Assembly: GCA_951406725.2 (NCBI GenBank)
Contig: OX597828.1
Location: forward strand, 32,984,001-33,048,000
DNA length: 64,000 nucleotides
Direction: 5' to 3'
From: Octopus vulgaris
Taxonomy: Eukaryota
Shown: positions 41,990 through 55,762 of the stretch, piece by piece
Numbering within the stretch: the stretch's first letter is position 1
How the letters are laid out: each line of letters opens with the position of its first letter
Notes under the pieces: generated by a model
The model's database searches: none
Told to the model about the DNA's origin: nothing
The model's input: the letters and a program-made list of their open reading frames with translations, nothing else
Position numbers and translations under genes: made by a program

Positions 41990-42350
41990 TTGCCCTAATA
42001 AGGAGCATAGGACATCGAAGACCCTATTCCATTCGTTTCGATTTGGGGCTGTCTTTTCTGCTTCTCTCCAGCTGAATCCTTGCTTTTTTTCAGATCTACA
42101 TCAGTATTCCACCGCCAGTTGTTTTTAGGGCATTCTCCCTTCCACCTCTTCTGTGAATTACAGGTCAAATCCCTGTGTGTAATACAGAACGTTGGCTTCC
42201 TTAAAAATGTCGGCTTATCCATATTCCTTTTCGAGTTTTCAGTGCTACATTAGCCTTCCTTTGCTAGATCTTCCTGCATTCGGACTCACATCGATATTTT
42301 TGTACGTTTCCATTTTTACCAATGAGAAATGATGGTTCCAGATCTTCTGG
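41990..42350 (-). mobile_element. Decayed RTE-clade LINE 3' end
   Basis: LRKPTFCITHRDLTCNSQKRWKGECPKNNWRW resembles the RTE C-terminal GHxLRK...WNPQGKRxRGRPKxTWRR motif. Confidence 0.6.
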
Positions 42351-42849
42351 TGTATGTGTGTGTATGTGCGCGTCGTGTGTGTGTGTGTGTATGTGTATGT
42401 ATTTATATAAATAATAAATAAATGTCCTAACACCGATTTCTATGTGCTTGTGACCATTTTTCTGTCGATAGCTCCTATGCGCCAATACTAGACTAATTTC
42501 TAAACCCAATACACAGGGAGCGCTCAATTCTAGTTTATAGAATGTTCCTTCATTTGCGTTTCTTAATTTAACGCAGATACCTATGTATTTATATACGCAT
42601 GTGTTTATGTATGTATGCATGTATGTATGTATGTATGTATGTATGTATGTATGTATGTATGTATGTATGTATGTATGTATGTATGTATGTATGTATGTAT
42701 GTATGTATGTATGTATGGATGTATGGATGGATGGATGGATGGATGGATGGATGGATGGATGGATGGATGGATGCATGTATGTATGTATTAATGTATGTAT
42801 GAAAGTATTTATGTAGAAGTCTATGTATGTAATCTTGAGGTGCTCACTG

Positions 42850-43475
42850 CTCACTTCACTTTTCAGGACTGCATTGATATATTTATTTTTGTTGCTGTTG
42901 TTTTGCAGGCGCTGCCTGAATGATACCAGACGACATTCGAAGACCGTCTACATTAATGCCAGGTCTCTAGCATTTTCATTTCTGCTTATGTGGAGCCTCT
43001 CAACATCACTGTTTCTGTGGAAGTTCCCAGCTATTGTCAGGATTTTGCGGATTTTGATATCTATGAAGTGGATTTCCTGTACAGACCAATCAAGTGTCCC
43101 AAATGTCGGGATCAGCACTGGTAGTACAAATGCATTTTCCTAAGCCAGATGTAATATTCTCGGGCCACTCTAGTTTTATTCACAGTGCCTTCATATAATA
43201 TATTTTCGTCTATGCCTAGGTACTTGTAACATTCTTTGTGTGGAACGAGGGAGATAGAGTGGACGTTGATGCACAAGTTTTGGGTTTGGGCGACTGACTT
43301 TCCTCATTCTATAACCAAATATTCACATTTCTTTTAGCTAAAATCCATGTCTATATGAGCTGGAATTGTAAGTATTAATTCCAGTTATTTTTTTTGTATT
43401 GTTAATAATTTTAGCATAAATCTTCAGGTCGTGTACAAAGAAACTATGAGTTACATTGATATTTATCGGAGCTGA
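42850..43475 (-). mobile_element. Decayed R4/Dong-clade LINE RT fragment
   Basis: VTHSFFVHDLKIYAK (FxDD motif), KKCEYL, CYKYLGIDE, NAFVLPVLIPTFGTLDWS, IDIKIRKILTIAGNFHRNSDVERLHISRNENARDL. Confidence 0.8.
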
Positions 43476-43688
43476 AGATCCTAGCATGTATGTATGTATG
43501 CATTTATTTATTATGCCTTTATGCATGCATGTATGTGTGCATATATGTATGTTTGTATGTATGTATGCATGATATTTATAGGAGCTGAAGATCCTAGCAT
43601 GTATGTATGTATGCATTTATTTATTATGCGTTTATGCATGCATGTATGTGTGCATATATGTATGTTTGTATGCATGTATGTATGTATG
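43459..43688. repeat. Tandem duplication of a ~113-bp low-complexity unit
   Basis: ggagctgaagatcctagcatgtatgtatgtatgcatttatttattatgc at 43468 and 43581. Confidence 0.85.
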
Positions 43689-44057
43689 ACTGTAGTTATT
43701 CAGTTTATTTCAAAATCCCTTGCTAATAGAGAAACAACCGGTATTTTCATTGGAATTTGTATGTATGTATGTATGTATGTATGTATGTATGTATGTATGT
43801 ATGTATGTATGTGTGCAGATTTGTATGTTTTACGTATGTAGTCTCATGCATGTCTAGTTGCATATTTAGGTATGCTCATATATACTCAAATGCTAAACTT
43901 CTGGAATGTTTTACAGATTTTTACAGTTCCTGTGACGGATTGGATTTATCGTCTTCGAATAGAAGAAGAAGAAGAAGAAGAAGAAGAAGAAGAAGAAGAA
44001 GAAGAAGAAGAAGAAGAAGAAGAAGAAGAAGAAGAAGAAGAAGAAGAAGAAGAAGAA

Positions 44058-44400
44058 GATAGAATTGAGGTAACTCCTCCAGAAGGTATGGAGTCACAAT
44101 TAAAAGAAGAGTGCCATTGTCTTCTAGTGAACGATATTTCCACATCTTGTGTTTCTTCAACAGGTTCAAAGAAAGATTTTGTCAATCTGCTTCATTTGGG
44201 TAAAATATATAGAGTGTTGAGGTAACTTCTCCAGAAAATATAGAGTCAAAATTAAAAGAAGAATGCCATTGTCATCTAGTGAACGATATTAACCAAAATA
44301 AAGTAGATTGACAATACTATTTTTTGAACCTGTTGAAGACACAAAAGATGTCGAAATATCGTTCCCTAGATGACAATGGCACTCTTCATTTAAGTTTGAT

Positions 44401-44402
<2 letters not shown>
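44058..44402. mobile_element. ~152-bp repeat: 1.5 tandem units plus an inverted partial unit, between (GAA)n and (AAT)n
   Basis: ttgaggtaact at 44065 and 44217; 44289-44402 is the reverse complement of the unit; hammerhead-like motif at 44326-44364. Confidence 0.8.
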
Positions 44403-44464
<62 letters not shown>

Positions 44465-44485
44465 CAACAACAATAATAATAATAA

Positions 44486-44575
<90 letters not shown>

Positions 44576-44584
44576 TAATAATAA

Positions 44585-44725
44585 CATCGAAAAATACATT
44601 AGGAATAAGAACCTAGGTTCGAAATTTCCCCAAGACACCGGATGAAGGCTGGAGAGTATAGCAACCGAAACGTTGTGTCAACAACAAACAAGATGAGGAC
44701 AAATATCCGTCAAATGTAAATAATA
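44585..44725 (+). mobile_element. Short element with a degenerate minimal hammerhead (44634-44679) after (AAT)n
   Basis: GACAC-CGGAUGA-A-GGCUG..CAACC-GAAACGUU-GUGUC; stem I perfect, palindromic AACGUU, U4G core mutation. Confidence 0.6.
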
Positions 44726-45639
44726 TAAACGTGTGTTGACGTGTATTTCTTTGAATATTAGCCTGCATGTATGTGTTCGGTAAAATATGGAGAAATTTGT
44801 ATCTACATGTCAAAACAATGCTAAAAATTTTTAAGTTGATGAATTTGGAATAACAAAACTAAATATTTTTGATATATATCTATTTATCGACTTATCTGTC
44901 TATCGAAGATATGCAAATATCATTAATTAGATGTTTCTAATTTCAAATTATTATAAAGACTTTGCACAATTATTATGCAAATATATTACGTATCATATAT
45001 TAATCATAAAGAAAGTGAACTCTCTATGTATATACACAAGCAGCACTTCATATCGATAATATATTTATCACAAGGGAAATTATATTAATAAACTCCTCTT
45101 ATAAATATAATAGTTAGCACAAGGGAAATTATACAATTATGCAGTTTTCATACAATCACGAAAGTCTATCATAACGGCCTTATCGAGGAATTGATTTTCT
45201 CTTAAAGAAAACAAAAAATGTATTTGTTTTCCTATTTTAAAAAAATTTAATTGGTTTAGGCGTGTTGATGTACGGAATATTTTCAGCCTCCCTCTCGTGT
45301 TATTGATGCGGTTAATGTTCAGTTTCAACGTCGAAAAGATTTATGCGTATTGGGAAGACATCAGCTGGGAGAGCCGTGGTTCTATGTGAAAAAGAAATTG
45401 CCTGAAAATAGCTCTAGTTTAAGGTCTGGAATAATCAATCAAAGTAGGGATAATGTGAGAATGTAAAACATCAGTTGATGTTTGTTAGTAGAGACATCAA
45501 CATATAGAACAGCGGAAGTCTTTACACCTTTTACTGTAAACCAGTATAAATGAATGCCAGTGAAAGTAAAAAAAAAAGAAACACAGAATCAACAAGGATA
45601 TGTGTGAGTGACAGAAATGTAATAACTGTTACATTTTAT

Positions 45640-46045
45640 TTGTTTATTTTATCGGACTGCGGCCACCCTGGGACAACGTCTCGAAAGGTTCTAGTCGCAG
45701 GAATCGCTCCCGGTGCATATTTTGTAACTCTCCTATACATTATATGGGTCGGTTTTCTGAACCGTAAATTTGCGGAAACGTTAACAAATCAGGTGTTCTG
45801 ATGTAATGGGACTTACAAACAGAGGCGCAAAGTCACACGCACACACGAACACATGCACACACACAAACACACACATACACACACTGATATGACGAGCTTC
45901 CACACGATATCCATCAACTAAATTCACTCAGAAGGAATTGGTTGTCCCAGAGTTATAATAGAAGAAACTTGTCGAAGGTACCGCTCAATCGGACTGAACC
46001 AGAAGAAACACACTTGCGAAGCAAGCTTCGTAACTACACAGCAAT
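45640..46045 (-). mobile_element. Old SINE family B
   Basis: gactgcggcca...acacacac...gacgagcttccac...ttataatagaagaaacttgtcgaaggtaccgctcaatcggactgaacc...gcaagcttcgtaactacacagc. Confidence 0.7.
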
Positions 46046-47244
46046 CTCTTCCCCTCTATGCATAATTATTCAAAACTGCATGGTCATTTCGTTGGAATTT
46101 TATGTATGAAACCTTCCAAATGTTTGAGTCTTATAGACTTTCAAAAACTGATCTGAGCTTCAATATTATTTTAGCAGTTATAGCCGTGCGATTGCTATGC
46201 AAATTCGTCAGAGATTCTGAAAATGGGATTTCATACTATTTTAGAGGACAGTGTTTGTGTAAACGGTAGTGAAAGTAGAGTCAGATTATTTCCCGTGTAT
46301 GTATAGGAACTGTAACTTTTTAAAGGTAACAAAGTTGATATTTTCTCATTTCAGGTTCCCTTCGAGGAATATCTGCAGGCGCCCATGAGAAAACTTTTCT
46401 TTATCTAGAAATCAATTTTGTTTGAGTTGAACTGATAATTACCGTAGAAACATCGTTCAGACCGTGACCAACTGATCCGTTCTTTTCTATTTTTAGGGCT
46501 CCGATTACTCATATGAGCTCATCCATTTTTAAATCGGTTGCGAGTGTTTTGGAGAAACTTAGATACTGTTTTTTTATAAAACTGTCATTAGACTTCAACA
46601 GGATATGTGTTTCTGTGCGTGTGTGTGCGTGTGTGCGTGTGTGTGCGTGTGTGTGTGTGTGTGCGTGCACGCGCGCCTTTGTGTGTGTGTGTGTAATATG
46701 TGTTCGAAAAGTTAAGAAGGAATGAAGAATCACATCGTATTTCTACATTTGATGTTGCTGCAACAACAAAATAGAAGTCGCAGAGAAAAATTAATCTAAA
46801 TGTAGCATGGATTTGATAGATTGTAGACTGACTAAGAGCTTCCGCTAAAAGAACACATGCGCGAATTGACCCCATATGCTAGAAATCAGGTAATGTATTT
46901 CTTCAGCCAGATACGGTTCAAGGCTTTACAAGCTAACTGCAATCCACAAGACCGCTTTGCCAATTTCATCATTCCTCCGCTACTTAAACCGGTCGTCATA
47001 ACATAATACAAAAACCTCTCATAAACACTAAATGACAGTTCAGATTGCATTGTGTCAATAACAGAATATTGCCCTTGCATATTTCCCAGTGTCCAATTTC
47101 TTCCAGTAAAACCTTAGTTTCTGGTGGTGGACACAGCAGAAGCTGTTTTCCTGAAATTATAAGTCTGGTTTTTTCACATAGTAAAAACTTAAAAGAAACA
47201 ATTATTTTTTTAATTTTGGCCCACGTCGATATTCTCGGCTAGAG

Positions 47245-48172
47245 CGGACTTGCCCGACGGCCTCACGCAACACACCCTTCTATTTGCCGACGATATCAAA
47301 CTGGTCGATCCTCGCGGTAATATAGAGGATCTTCGTCGATGCCTCCACCAAATTTGGAAGTGGTCTAACAATTGGGACCTGTGTCTGAACGTGTCAAAGT
47401 GCTGTCATCTGTCTGTCGGCTCTACTCCTGCAACTCAACTTGATTTCGAGCCGGGTCGTCTGCTGCTGGAGAGGACCGATCAGGTAAAGGACCTAGGTAT
47501 CTTGGTGGATTCCTCCTTTTCGCCTTCGGCGCAGTGCGTCCATGCTGCCAACAAGGCACGCGGAATTCTGTTCTTGATTCGACGGTCATTCGGAATGCTC
47601 ACAGCAGCCATATTCCTACCACTCTATGTCACGCTGGTGAGACCCATATTGGAGTATGGGATTCAAGCCACTTCTCCTTATCTCCTCAAAGACATACAGC
47701 ATCTCGAAAGAGTCCAGAAGCTGGCTACCCGCATGGTTCATGGTCTCAAAAATTTGTCCTACGAAGAAAGGCTGAGGACGCTCGACCTTTATTCTCTTGA
47801 AAAACGCCGCCGCCGTGGTGATCTCATTCTCGCCCACAACATCATAAGCGGAAAGTGTAACCTCTCGAAAGAGCTGTTCTTCACTCCTGCTCCAGAGCGT
47901 CGGCTGCGGGGTCATTCCGAAAAGCTCTACCTGCGACGATTTCATCTTAATCGAAGGAGAGGAGCTTTCTCCGTCCGGTTGCGGATCCGTGGAACAAGCT
48001 GCCAGACGAGATGGTGAAGATGCTGACGACCGCTTTGTTCAAAGCCTCCCTTGACCTCAAGTGGCCTGAACTCCTTACATGAACACCACCCTGTACCTAA
48101 CTCCATGTCCCCCTACATGGCCTTGCTATTTGCTTTTGAGCCAAATTAACTAACTAACTAACTAACTAACTA
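47245..48172 (+). mobile_element. Young 5'-truncated CR1-group LINE: RT C-terminus, 3' UTR and (TAAC)n tail
   Basis: 255-aa ORF with LLFADDIKL, LNVSKC, KDLGILVD, YVTLVRPILEYG, LERVQKLATR, LEKRRRRGDLI; a frameshift near 47978 continues as VADPWNKLPDEMV; tail taactaactaac at 48145-48172. Confidence 0.93.
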
Positions 48173-48594
48173 CAGAAGAATCGTTGGCTAGAAGTTGGAT
48201 TGTTTGTATTCATGAAGAGGTTGGAAACAAAACAGAAAGTAAATTCGATAGCTTTTGAGATGGAAAGTTATCCAGATATCCAGACTACAGTTTTGAAGGC
48301 GGAGAGATCTTGCACCCAATACGACACTCGAATAGAAATTCAATTTTTTTTATTGCAATTGAGCAGTGTTTACAATGTAGGTTCAAAGATCATATTTTTA
48401 TATTTGTTATAGTGTATATCTTCCAAGCTTAATTGGCTTGCTACACGGAAATTGAACGTAGCCTCAGCTGTGTGAGATTTAGTGTATTCAATATACTCAC
48501 TCAAACCAAACACCAATTGTTAACGCTAAAACGATTGAATTTAAAACTGATATTGACATAATTCAAATCTAAACAATAAATAAACCTATTTAAT

Positions 48595-48810
48595 ATAGGT
48601 TTTAAATATTTGCACAACGCAAGCACTTTTAGGGAAGGGTAGAGGTCAATTATATCGAACCCAGTACTCAACTGCTACTTATTTTATCGATTCCGAAAAG
48701 ATGAAAGACGAAGTAGAGCTCGCCGAAATTTGAACACAAAACATAAAGACGACCGAAATACCGCCAATTATTTTGTCAGCGCGCTGACGATTCTGACAAT
48801 TCGGTACCTT
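48595..48810 (-). mobile_element. Old SINE family A
   Basis: cccagtactcaactgctacttattttatcgattccgaaaagatgaaag...aatttgaac. Confidence 0.7.
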
Positions 48811-49376
48811 GCACAAACTAAATACTGTAATTCGTTATTTCGGCACCCTAATGTTTCTGTTGATTTACTGACTTTTAATAGTATAATAAACATTAATTTA
48901 CGTTCACACGGAGCACATTTTACTTGAAGAAATGTGTGAACAATAAATGTGGGTTTTCCGTTTCTCTCAGGGGCATTTTCATTGCCATTATCGTAATGAA
49001 AAGGCTCTGTCTGAAAAATATACGAACTTTCATTGTGAATCAAAGCTACAACTTAAATTCAATTTAACAATGTTTCCTCTTACTCTGTTATAAAACAAAG
49101 ATACGAACTTGTTTTTATTTAATATATATCAAGGTCTGATATTGCGACTACGTTCCTGATACTTCTGAGCTTAAATCTGAGACCATCAACAACTGAAGCA
49201 ACTTGTGATTATGTTTATTTAGAGAAGTTAACTTATTGACACTCGTCAGTTGTACGACGCTTTGTGCACATTCACAAAGCATTTCGCATTTTGGACTTAA
49301 TGAGTTCAAAATACTATCTGCAGGATACGAACGAACTATTCACGCGTCTATAGTTTATCGGCATGGTTTTATATAA

Positions 49377-49456
<80 letters not shown>

Positions 49457-51587
49457 TTGGGTGTGTGTGTGTGTGTGTGTGTGTGTTTCTTTGTGCAGCG
49501 ACGTTATCAAAATATGAAGGAACGTAGCTGACTATAAATCAATCGAAATTATATTTCCTCAGTATATTACTAATGATTATTGACAGACCTACAAAGGAAC
49601 CTCTACGTGATGGTTCAACGTGCTCCATTTAGCAGTTAAATCTCTCTAAAACAAAAAGAATATACTGGTTAACGTAAACATTGGTTCATTGTACCGAACG
49701 AAAAGTGACGGTGTCGTAGCAACTGGCTACTCATGGCTAGGATGTCACTTATCTTCAATGTACCCGATTAGTGATGACCTTGGTCTAATCAATAGATTAT
49801 CATTAATCAGTTGTTTAATCGTCCTAGTAGGTGATTAATTTTCTTGACCTCAAAGAGATGAATTGCAAAATGTCATGCCATTAGTTGAAATCAGATCGCA
49901 CTGGATTTAAACTAAACACTGTAAAGTATTCAATCATGTGGTCTACCATCACAAATGGCTCGCCACCGCGAAGACTGTGAATAATGGTTTCGTTTGAGAA
50001 TAGGAAGGTGATGTTTTGTAGGACATGAATTAACGATTATATTGATTTCATTATATCATATTTCCTTTAACAAATTCCAAGCACAGGCATTAAAAGCTAT
50101 TCCTGATAACCTTTATCAATACACACATGCAGCACATCCTGCAATAAGATTGTAAAAGCGTAGTGACATTTGAAACCAATGCTCAGATATTCTCTTCTCA
50201 AACGAAATCAAATAGCGCAATCAGCCAACAGATTCAAATTGTGTTAAAAGCATCCAAGAAAGCGTTTTTGTGTAATAGGAGCATAAAATCTCTTTTTTTA
50301 TTAATATGATTAAAATTCTCAATAGAGCTTCTTGGTCTAAATGTCATTTTAAATTATCATTTCTTCGAAAGCTGACATCCTTAAATAAACTAAAGTGAAG
50401 GGTCAAGTGATGTGTTAGCTTGTAAATTATATGTTTCAAGCATTGGTAAATACATGTCGAGTGTGCTACAGCCGCGTATGTCCTTGGATGACCCTAGAAG
50501 AGAAGCAGGTTCAAATATCAGCTGAAACAGATTCGTTTCGATGACGTTGTCAATCGTTTTGTACAAGTTTGATCGCCTCATTTACTGACCTTTCTCTTAC
50601 ACAATAATTGAAATTCATAAATGAATATTGCCAGGTAATGAAACCTTATGGAAATTTTATAGTTCAGAATACTGAGCAACGATACGGAGACGCTTTTGTT
50701 CACTAGTTATTAAAAGACCCTCAGGACCATTAATGCTTCACATTTGTAGTAGAATGTATGTTAGTGTATATGAGTCTATTATTAATGTCTCAGCATTAAT
50801 GCTACGTACCATACATGCATGATATAAGAAAGTGTAGATCAATTAAGCGAATGATTGATACTGCAGTAGGGATCTGCCAAAACAATCCACTGCATCTCAT
50901 TATAAAATCATTACATTCTTCTAATTTAAAGTATTTGAGATTTGATTTACTATATTAGTAAGGATGATGTTTATGTTTCTTATCTCGCTCGTTGTTTCAT
51001 AACCCTCTGTCAACTTCATCTCGTAGAATCGTAGTGAAAGCTTTTTCAGCCTTCTCTCTTGTGTATCAAGGATTAAATTATTAAAGGTGTCTTCTCTTTT
51101 AAATATATTTGAACAGTGCTTCAGGAAGGTTTGGTTGCACTTTCTAATGTCTCCAGCATCAACTTAAATGTGCTACGCTTACACAGTACTCACTCAATTA
51201 TGAAACATCTTAATCATACCAACAATTTCATTGTAGTAATTCGTTCTTCTTTCGTGAATGATTTCTTTTGAAGATGTGCCTAAACAACATATATATTTCG
51301 ATATAAATAAGCATGTTTGATTCTTTAAAATTAAAGTTATTTTAGAATTCATTTAGGTTTTAGTTTAGTATGAAAGAATATCAATGCTGACTGCAGCGTA
51401 GTCAACAATCTTTGGAGAGTTAGAATATAATGCCGCATTTAGAGATAATCAAATATTTCTTTACATATATTACCTACAGATATGGAAGGAATGAAAGCTG
51501 CCTCAAGTTGTACTATCTTTTATTTCGACACATCTGATAAAAGTGACAGCGACATATTTGAATGTTTGATGTTTATGCATTTATTTG

Positions 51588-51640
<53 letters not shown>

Positions 51641-51655
51641 ATGTATGTATTTATG

Positions 51656-51753
<98 letters not shown>

Positions 51754-52914
51754 TAAATATATATTTATATTTATATTTATACGTGAGTGTGTATGTATGA
51801 ATGGAACTTTATTTCAAGAATGATATTTAAGCCACATATAAAATGTTGTTTCATGAGAAATTGCTATAAGCATCTTATATCTTATTTCAAGTCTAAATCA
51901 TTATAGATGACATCTAAACATTTTGAAAGCATGACTGCATTATATCTATTGTTTACTTTTACACGCATGATAACATAAATACAAACTACTCTGATAATTT
52001 ACATCTATGTTATCTAGTAACAATGCAACAGGGAAGCAGATTGAATTGCGTTTTCTCAGCAAACGTCGATAACAATGCTTTGATTACCATTGTGTATTAT
52101 TCTAGGAAATACAACCATTTATTATTCAATGCACATTTTATAACATGTGAATCAACGGTAAATTTTCGGTGCATTGAGTTAGATTCAAAGTTAACGACAT
52201 TATCTAGTTTTATTCAATTAAATAAATATATAATGTCATAAAAAAAAAGGACATGTAAATTAGATTTAATTAGTTTTCAACAACACACGATTGGCAGAAA
52301 CATCCTGTTGTAAATACGAGGTAAGTAAAACCTAAATATTTTGTTTAATTTATCGGAAGTGCATGACATTTATCAGGACAGTGGTATTTTGGTGTTGAAT
52401 CAATGGAATGTATGCTGGTGCAGTTTTCATAGATGTTATGGTAATGGTGAAGATATATATGTATATACATACTGAAAACAGAAAGTAAAATCCATTCATT
52501 ACATGCTAGAAATTGTTTTGTTCACGACTCACAAATTCTGTCTCTTATATTTATTTTATAGTGCAATGTTTAAACAATTGCCATTTTCGTCGAAGGACCC
52601 CTTTTCACCAATCAATGGACCATTGCGTTTCTGAGGATGAGAGTTGCAAAACAGGCTGTGAACTTCCTGTTGAATTGAATTATCATCACCGCATCCGGAC
52701 AATCGAGCGTGCCTTATATATATGTCGGGAAAATATTAAGCTGTGCAGGTCTTATCCAACAGCCTTGAATACAAACGTAGCTATCAATCTATCTTTTTTA
52801 TTTATCTATCTACCTCTTTATCTCTCTTTATATATGTGTGTGTATGTGTGTGTGAATGTGGGTGTCTATGTGTGTGTGTGTGTGTATGTGTGTGTTAGTG
52901 TCTGTGTGTGTACG

Positions 52915-53218
52915 ACGTGCTTCTTCAAGTTTCCGTTTATCAAATCCAATCACAAGGCTTTGGTTCGCCCTCGGATATAGTTGAAGACATCTGCTGAGGT
53001 TGTCACGCAATAGGATTAAACCCGGAACCAAGGTTTTTTTTTCTACTCTAGGCACAAGGCCCGAAATTTTTGATGAGGGGTCCAGTCGATTAGATCGATT
53101 CCAGTATGCAACTGGTACTTAATTTATCGACCCCGAAAGGATGAAAGGCCAAGTCAACTTCAGTGGAATCTGAACTCAGAAAGGAAAGACAGACGAAATT
53201 ACCACACAGCCACGCCTG
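52915..53218 (-). mobile_element. SINE family B head interrupted by a family A fragment (53036-53199)
   Basis: cccggaaccaagg | ttttctactctaggcacaaggcccgaaa...gacagacgaaa | ttaccacacagccacgcctg. Confidence 0.8.
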
Positions 53219-53247
53219 TATATATTTACATAAACGGATAGGTAGAC

Positions 53248-53329
<82 letters not shown>

Positions 53330-53559
53330 GTCGGTAGACAGATAGATAGACAGACAAGATAAATAGTAAAAGATCGCTTTGAAGTGTATGTGGAATAATT
53401 ATTTAGTGGAGAATATTATTAAAGAGTTGTTAGCTAAAATTATTCCGTATCTGACAGCTTCCTACGTCTCTTTTATAGACAATCATATATGGTGACAGGG
53501 AAATTGATTTATATAAGCATACTCCTGTCTCTTTTAATGTCTGTGATATACAAGAGTTC

Positions 53560-54350
53560 TTTGTTCAAGTTCAACATTTTTGCTGACTTATGAAATATGA
53601 TTGTGTTCTCATACAAGAACGTCGGAATTCTCGCTCTTCATGTTTAAAGTTTTCTACAGTTTTCGTGTTGTTGAAGTCGGTATTACCATTTCAGAGTCCA
53701 CAGTAATTTGCAAAAAGACCTGGGAACACAGTTTACACTAGGTTATTAATTTCGTCTATATTATTATTTCTCATAATGAAGTGCTCCTTGTTTTTCTACA
53801 TTCATAAACCTGGACACAGGGCTGAAATACAGGCTCTTGAACCTTATGAGAAATACTTTAGTTTGTCATGTACCCCAGTAAGGGTGATATGTGCCTTTGC
53901 ACAAATTTCCCAAACGATTAACACATATTTCAAATCCAAGTGATATGCGCCAGACGGTAGATGTTTTTTTTTTCTTTCTGTTGATAGCTCTAGTTATCTC
54001 CTTTGTTATAGTGAGTATCGATGAGAACGTTCTGTCATCTTCAAAAATTTTAGTCAACGGTCTCACTGATTCATACTACTATTAGATCGCTTGTGCCGCC
54101 ATCAATCCGCGATAGTTTTTCATATATTTGTCATGCATTTATAGTGCACATTTCAGTTTTGCCGGTTAAATAAATTGGATTGTATCCTGTGGGGATATTC
54201 TTGCAGGTTACGATCAGGAAGTAACTTGGCAATATTCAATCTGACATTGTGGGTATGTAAATGATTGAACCGATTATATTGCGGTTATGGCTTTCTGAGA
54301 CTCTCATTTTTCAATTACTGGCGGGAGTGCTTCAGGAGTGCTGCAAAATA
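53560..54350 (-). mobile_element. Possible very decayed Penelope-like element C-terminus
   Basis: Scattered fragments RPLTKIFEDD..SIL, LCPGL, ANYCG, SYFISQQKMLNLN resemble PLE linker/GIY-YIG ends; many stops. Confidence 0.3.
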
Positions 54351-54563
54351 TGATACTTTCTTTAAAATCTCCAATGTCCACTGCTTTGTACTTATATTAA
54401 TTCCAACCTCACACACAATGTGATACACAGCTGCATATGCATATACAAAGAAAATATATATACACATATATCAATACACACATACACACAGGAAGAGCGA
54501 GAGGGGTAGAGAAAGAAAGAAAGAGACATATATGCTTATATGTACGTATCCATGCCTGTATCA

Positions 54564-54645
<82 letters not shown>

Positions 54646-54933
54646 ATGCATATGTATATGTGCGTGCACGTACGTATGCATATATTATGAATATAACGAT
54701 GTATGTATGTATGTATGTATAGACTTCAATGTAGAAATCTGAAAATGTTTACTCAGATTTTGATGTTGGAGATAATAATTTCATCGAAGCAGTTAATAAC
54801 TTCCAATTATGTCCCCGTTAACATCTGCAATTCTTCGCCATCTAATACATTACTTTTTGCTCATAATGACAAAATCTTTATTAGCGATACTCTGAATCGT
54901 CAGCAATATATATATATATGTAGATATATATAT

Positions 54934-54980
<47 letters not shown>

Positions 54981-54991
<11 letters not shown>

Positions 54992-55073
54992 GAAGGTTTG
55001 AAAATGCAATTTAAAAGATGTTTAGTAAATAAACATCTTTTAAATTGCATTTTCAAACCTTCTTTCATATATA
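54981..55073. repeat. Perfect palindrome, 44-bp arms with a 5-nt loop, within (TA)n
   Basis: tatatatgaaagaaggtttgaaaatgcaatttaaaagatgttta-gtaaa-taaacatcttttaaattgcattttcaaaccttctttcatatata. Confidence 0.95.
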
Positions 55074-55102
55074 ATTCCACTCGTGCGATACCCCACAACT
55101 CA

Positions 55103-55176
<74 letters not shown>

Positions 55177-55404
55177 AGAGTTTATGTGTGTTTTGGTGAG
55201 GGGGTGCATGAGTGCCTAGGTTCCTAATGCATCGGAATACTGAGTTGCCGATTTGACGTATGGATATGAAAAGATTCAGTAATCTTTCGGCTTCCCAACA
55301 AACTATTTTTAATTATATATTTTCTACGTTATCTCATTAACCAGCTCTAGTTATTTGAAAGACAATGCTTTACAACAACCACGTTTCATTACAAAGTGAA
55401 ATTC

Positions 55405-55762
55405 AAAATGAAAGTTTCACACTTTCTTAAAGAAACACTAAAATCTCCTTTCCAAAAATTCCAACCATCTCCTCACCATTTTCAAAAAGCTATAAACTCC
55501 CAATGTTTCACTTTTAGAGTTTTAGCAAACAGGGAAGTTTGTTCACAAATGTCATTTACCTGTTGTTTCTAGCATGTCGGGTTTCTTGTGGTGGTGTAGT
55601 ATTTTTTTACGTCTGTTATTTCAGCGCAACTCTACGAATGAGTTCAACATCAGACGAAAGTGAAACATTGGGAGGTTTTACCTTTTCGGAGGCAGATAGG
55701 TGATGGGTGGACGAGTTGGGGGATGGGATATTGAGTGCTTCTTTAAGAAAAATTAAACTTTA
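55405..55762. mobile_element. Old foldback/MITE-like element with ~110-bp imperfect inverted arms
   Basis: tttcttaaagaaacact versus agtgcttctttaagaaa; ctcccaatgtttcacttt versus aaagtgaaacattgggag. Confidence 0.6.
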
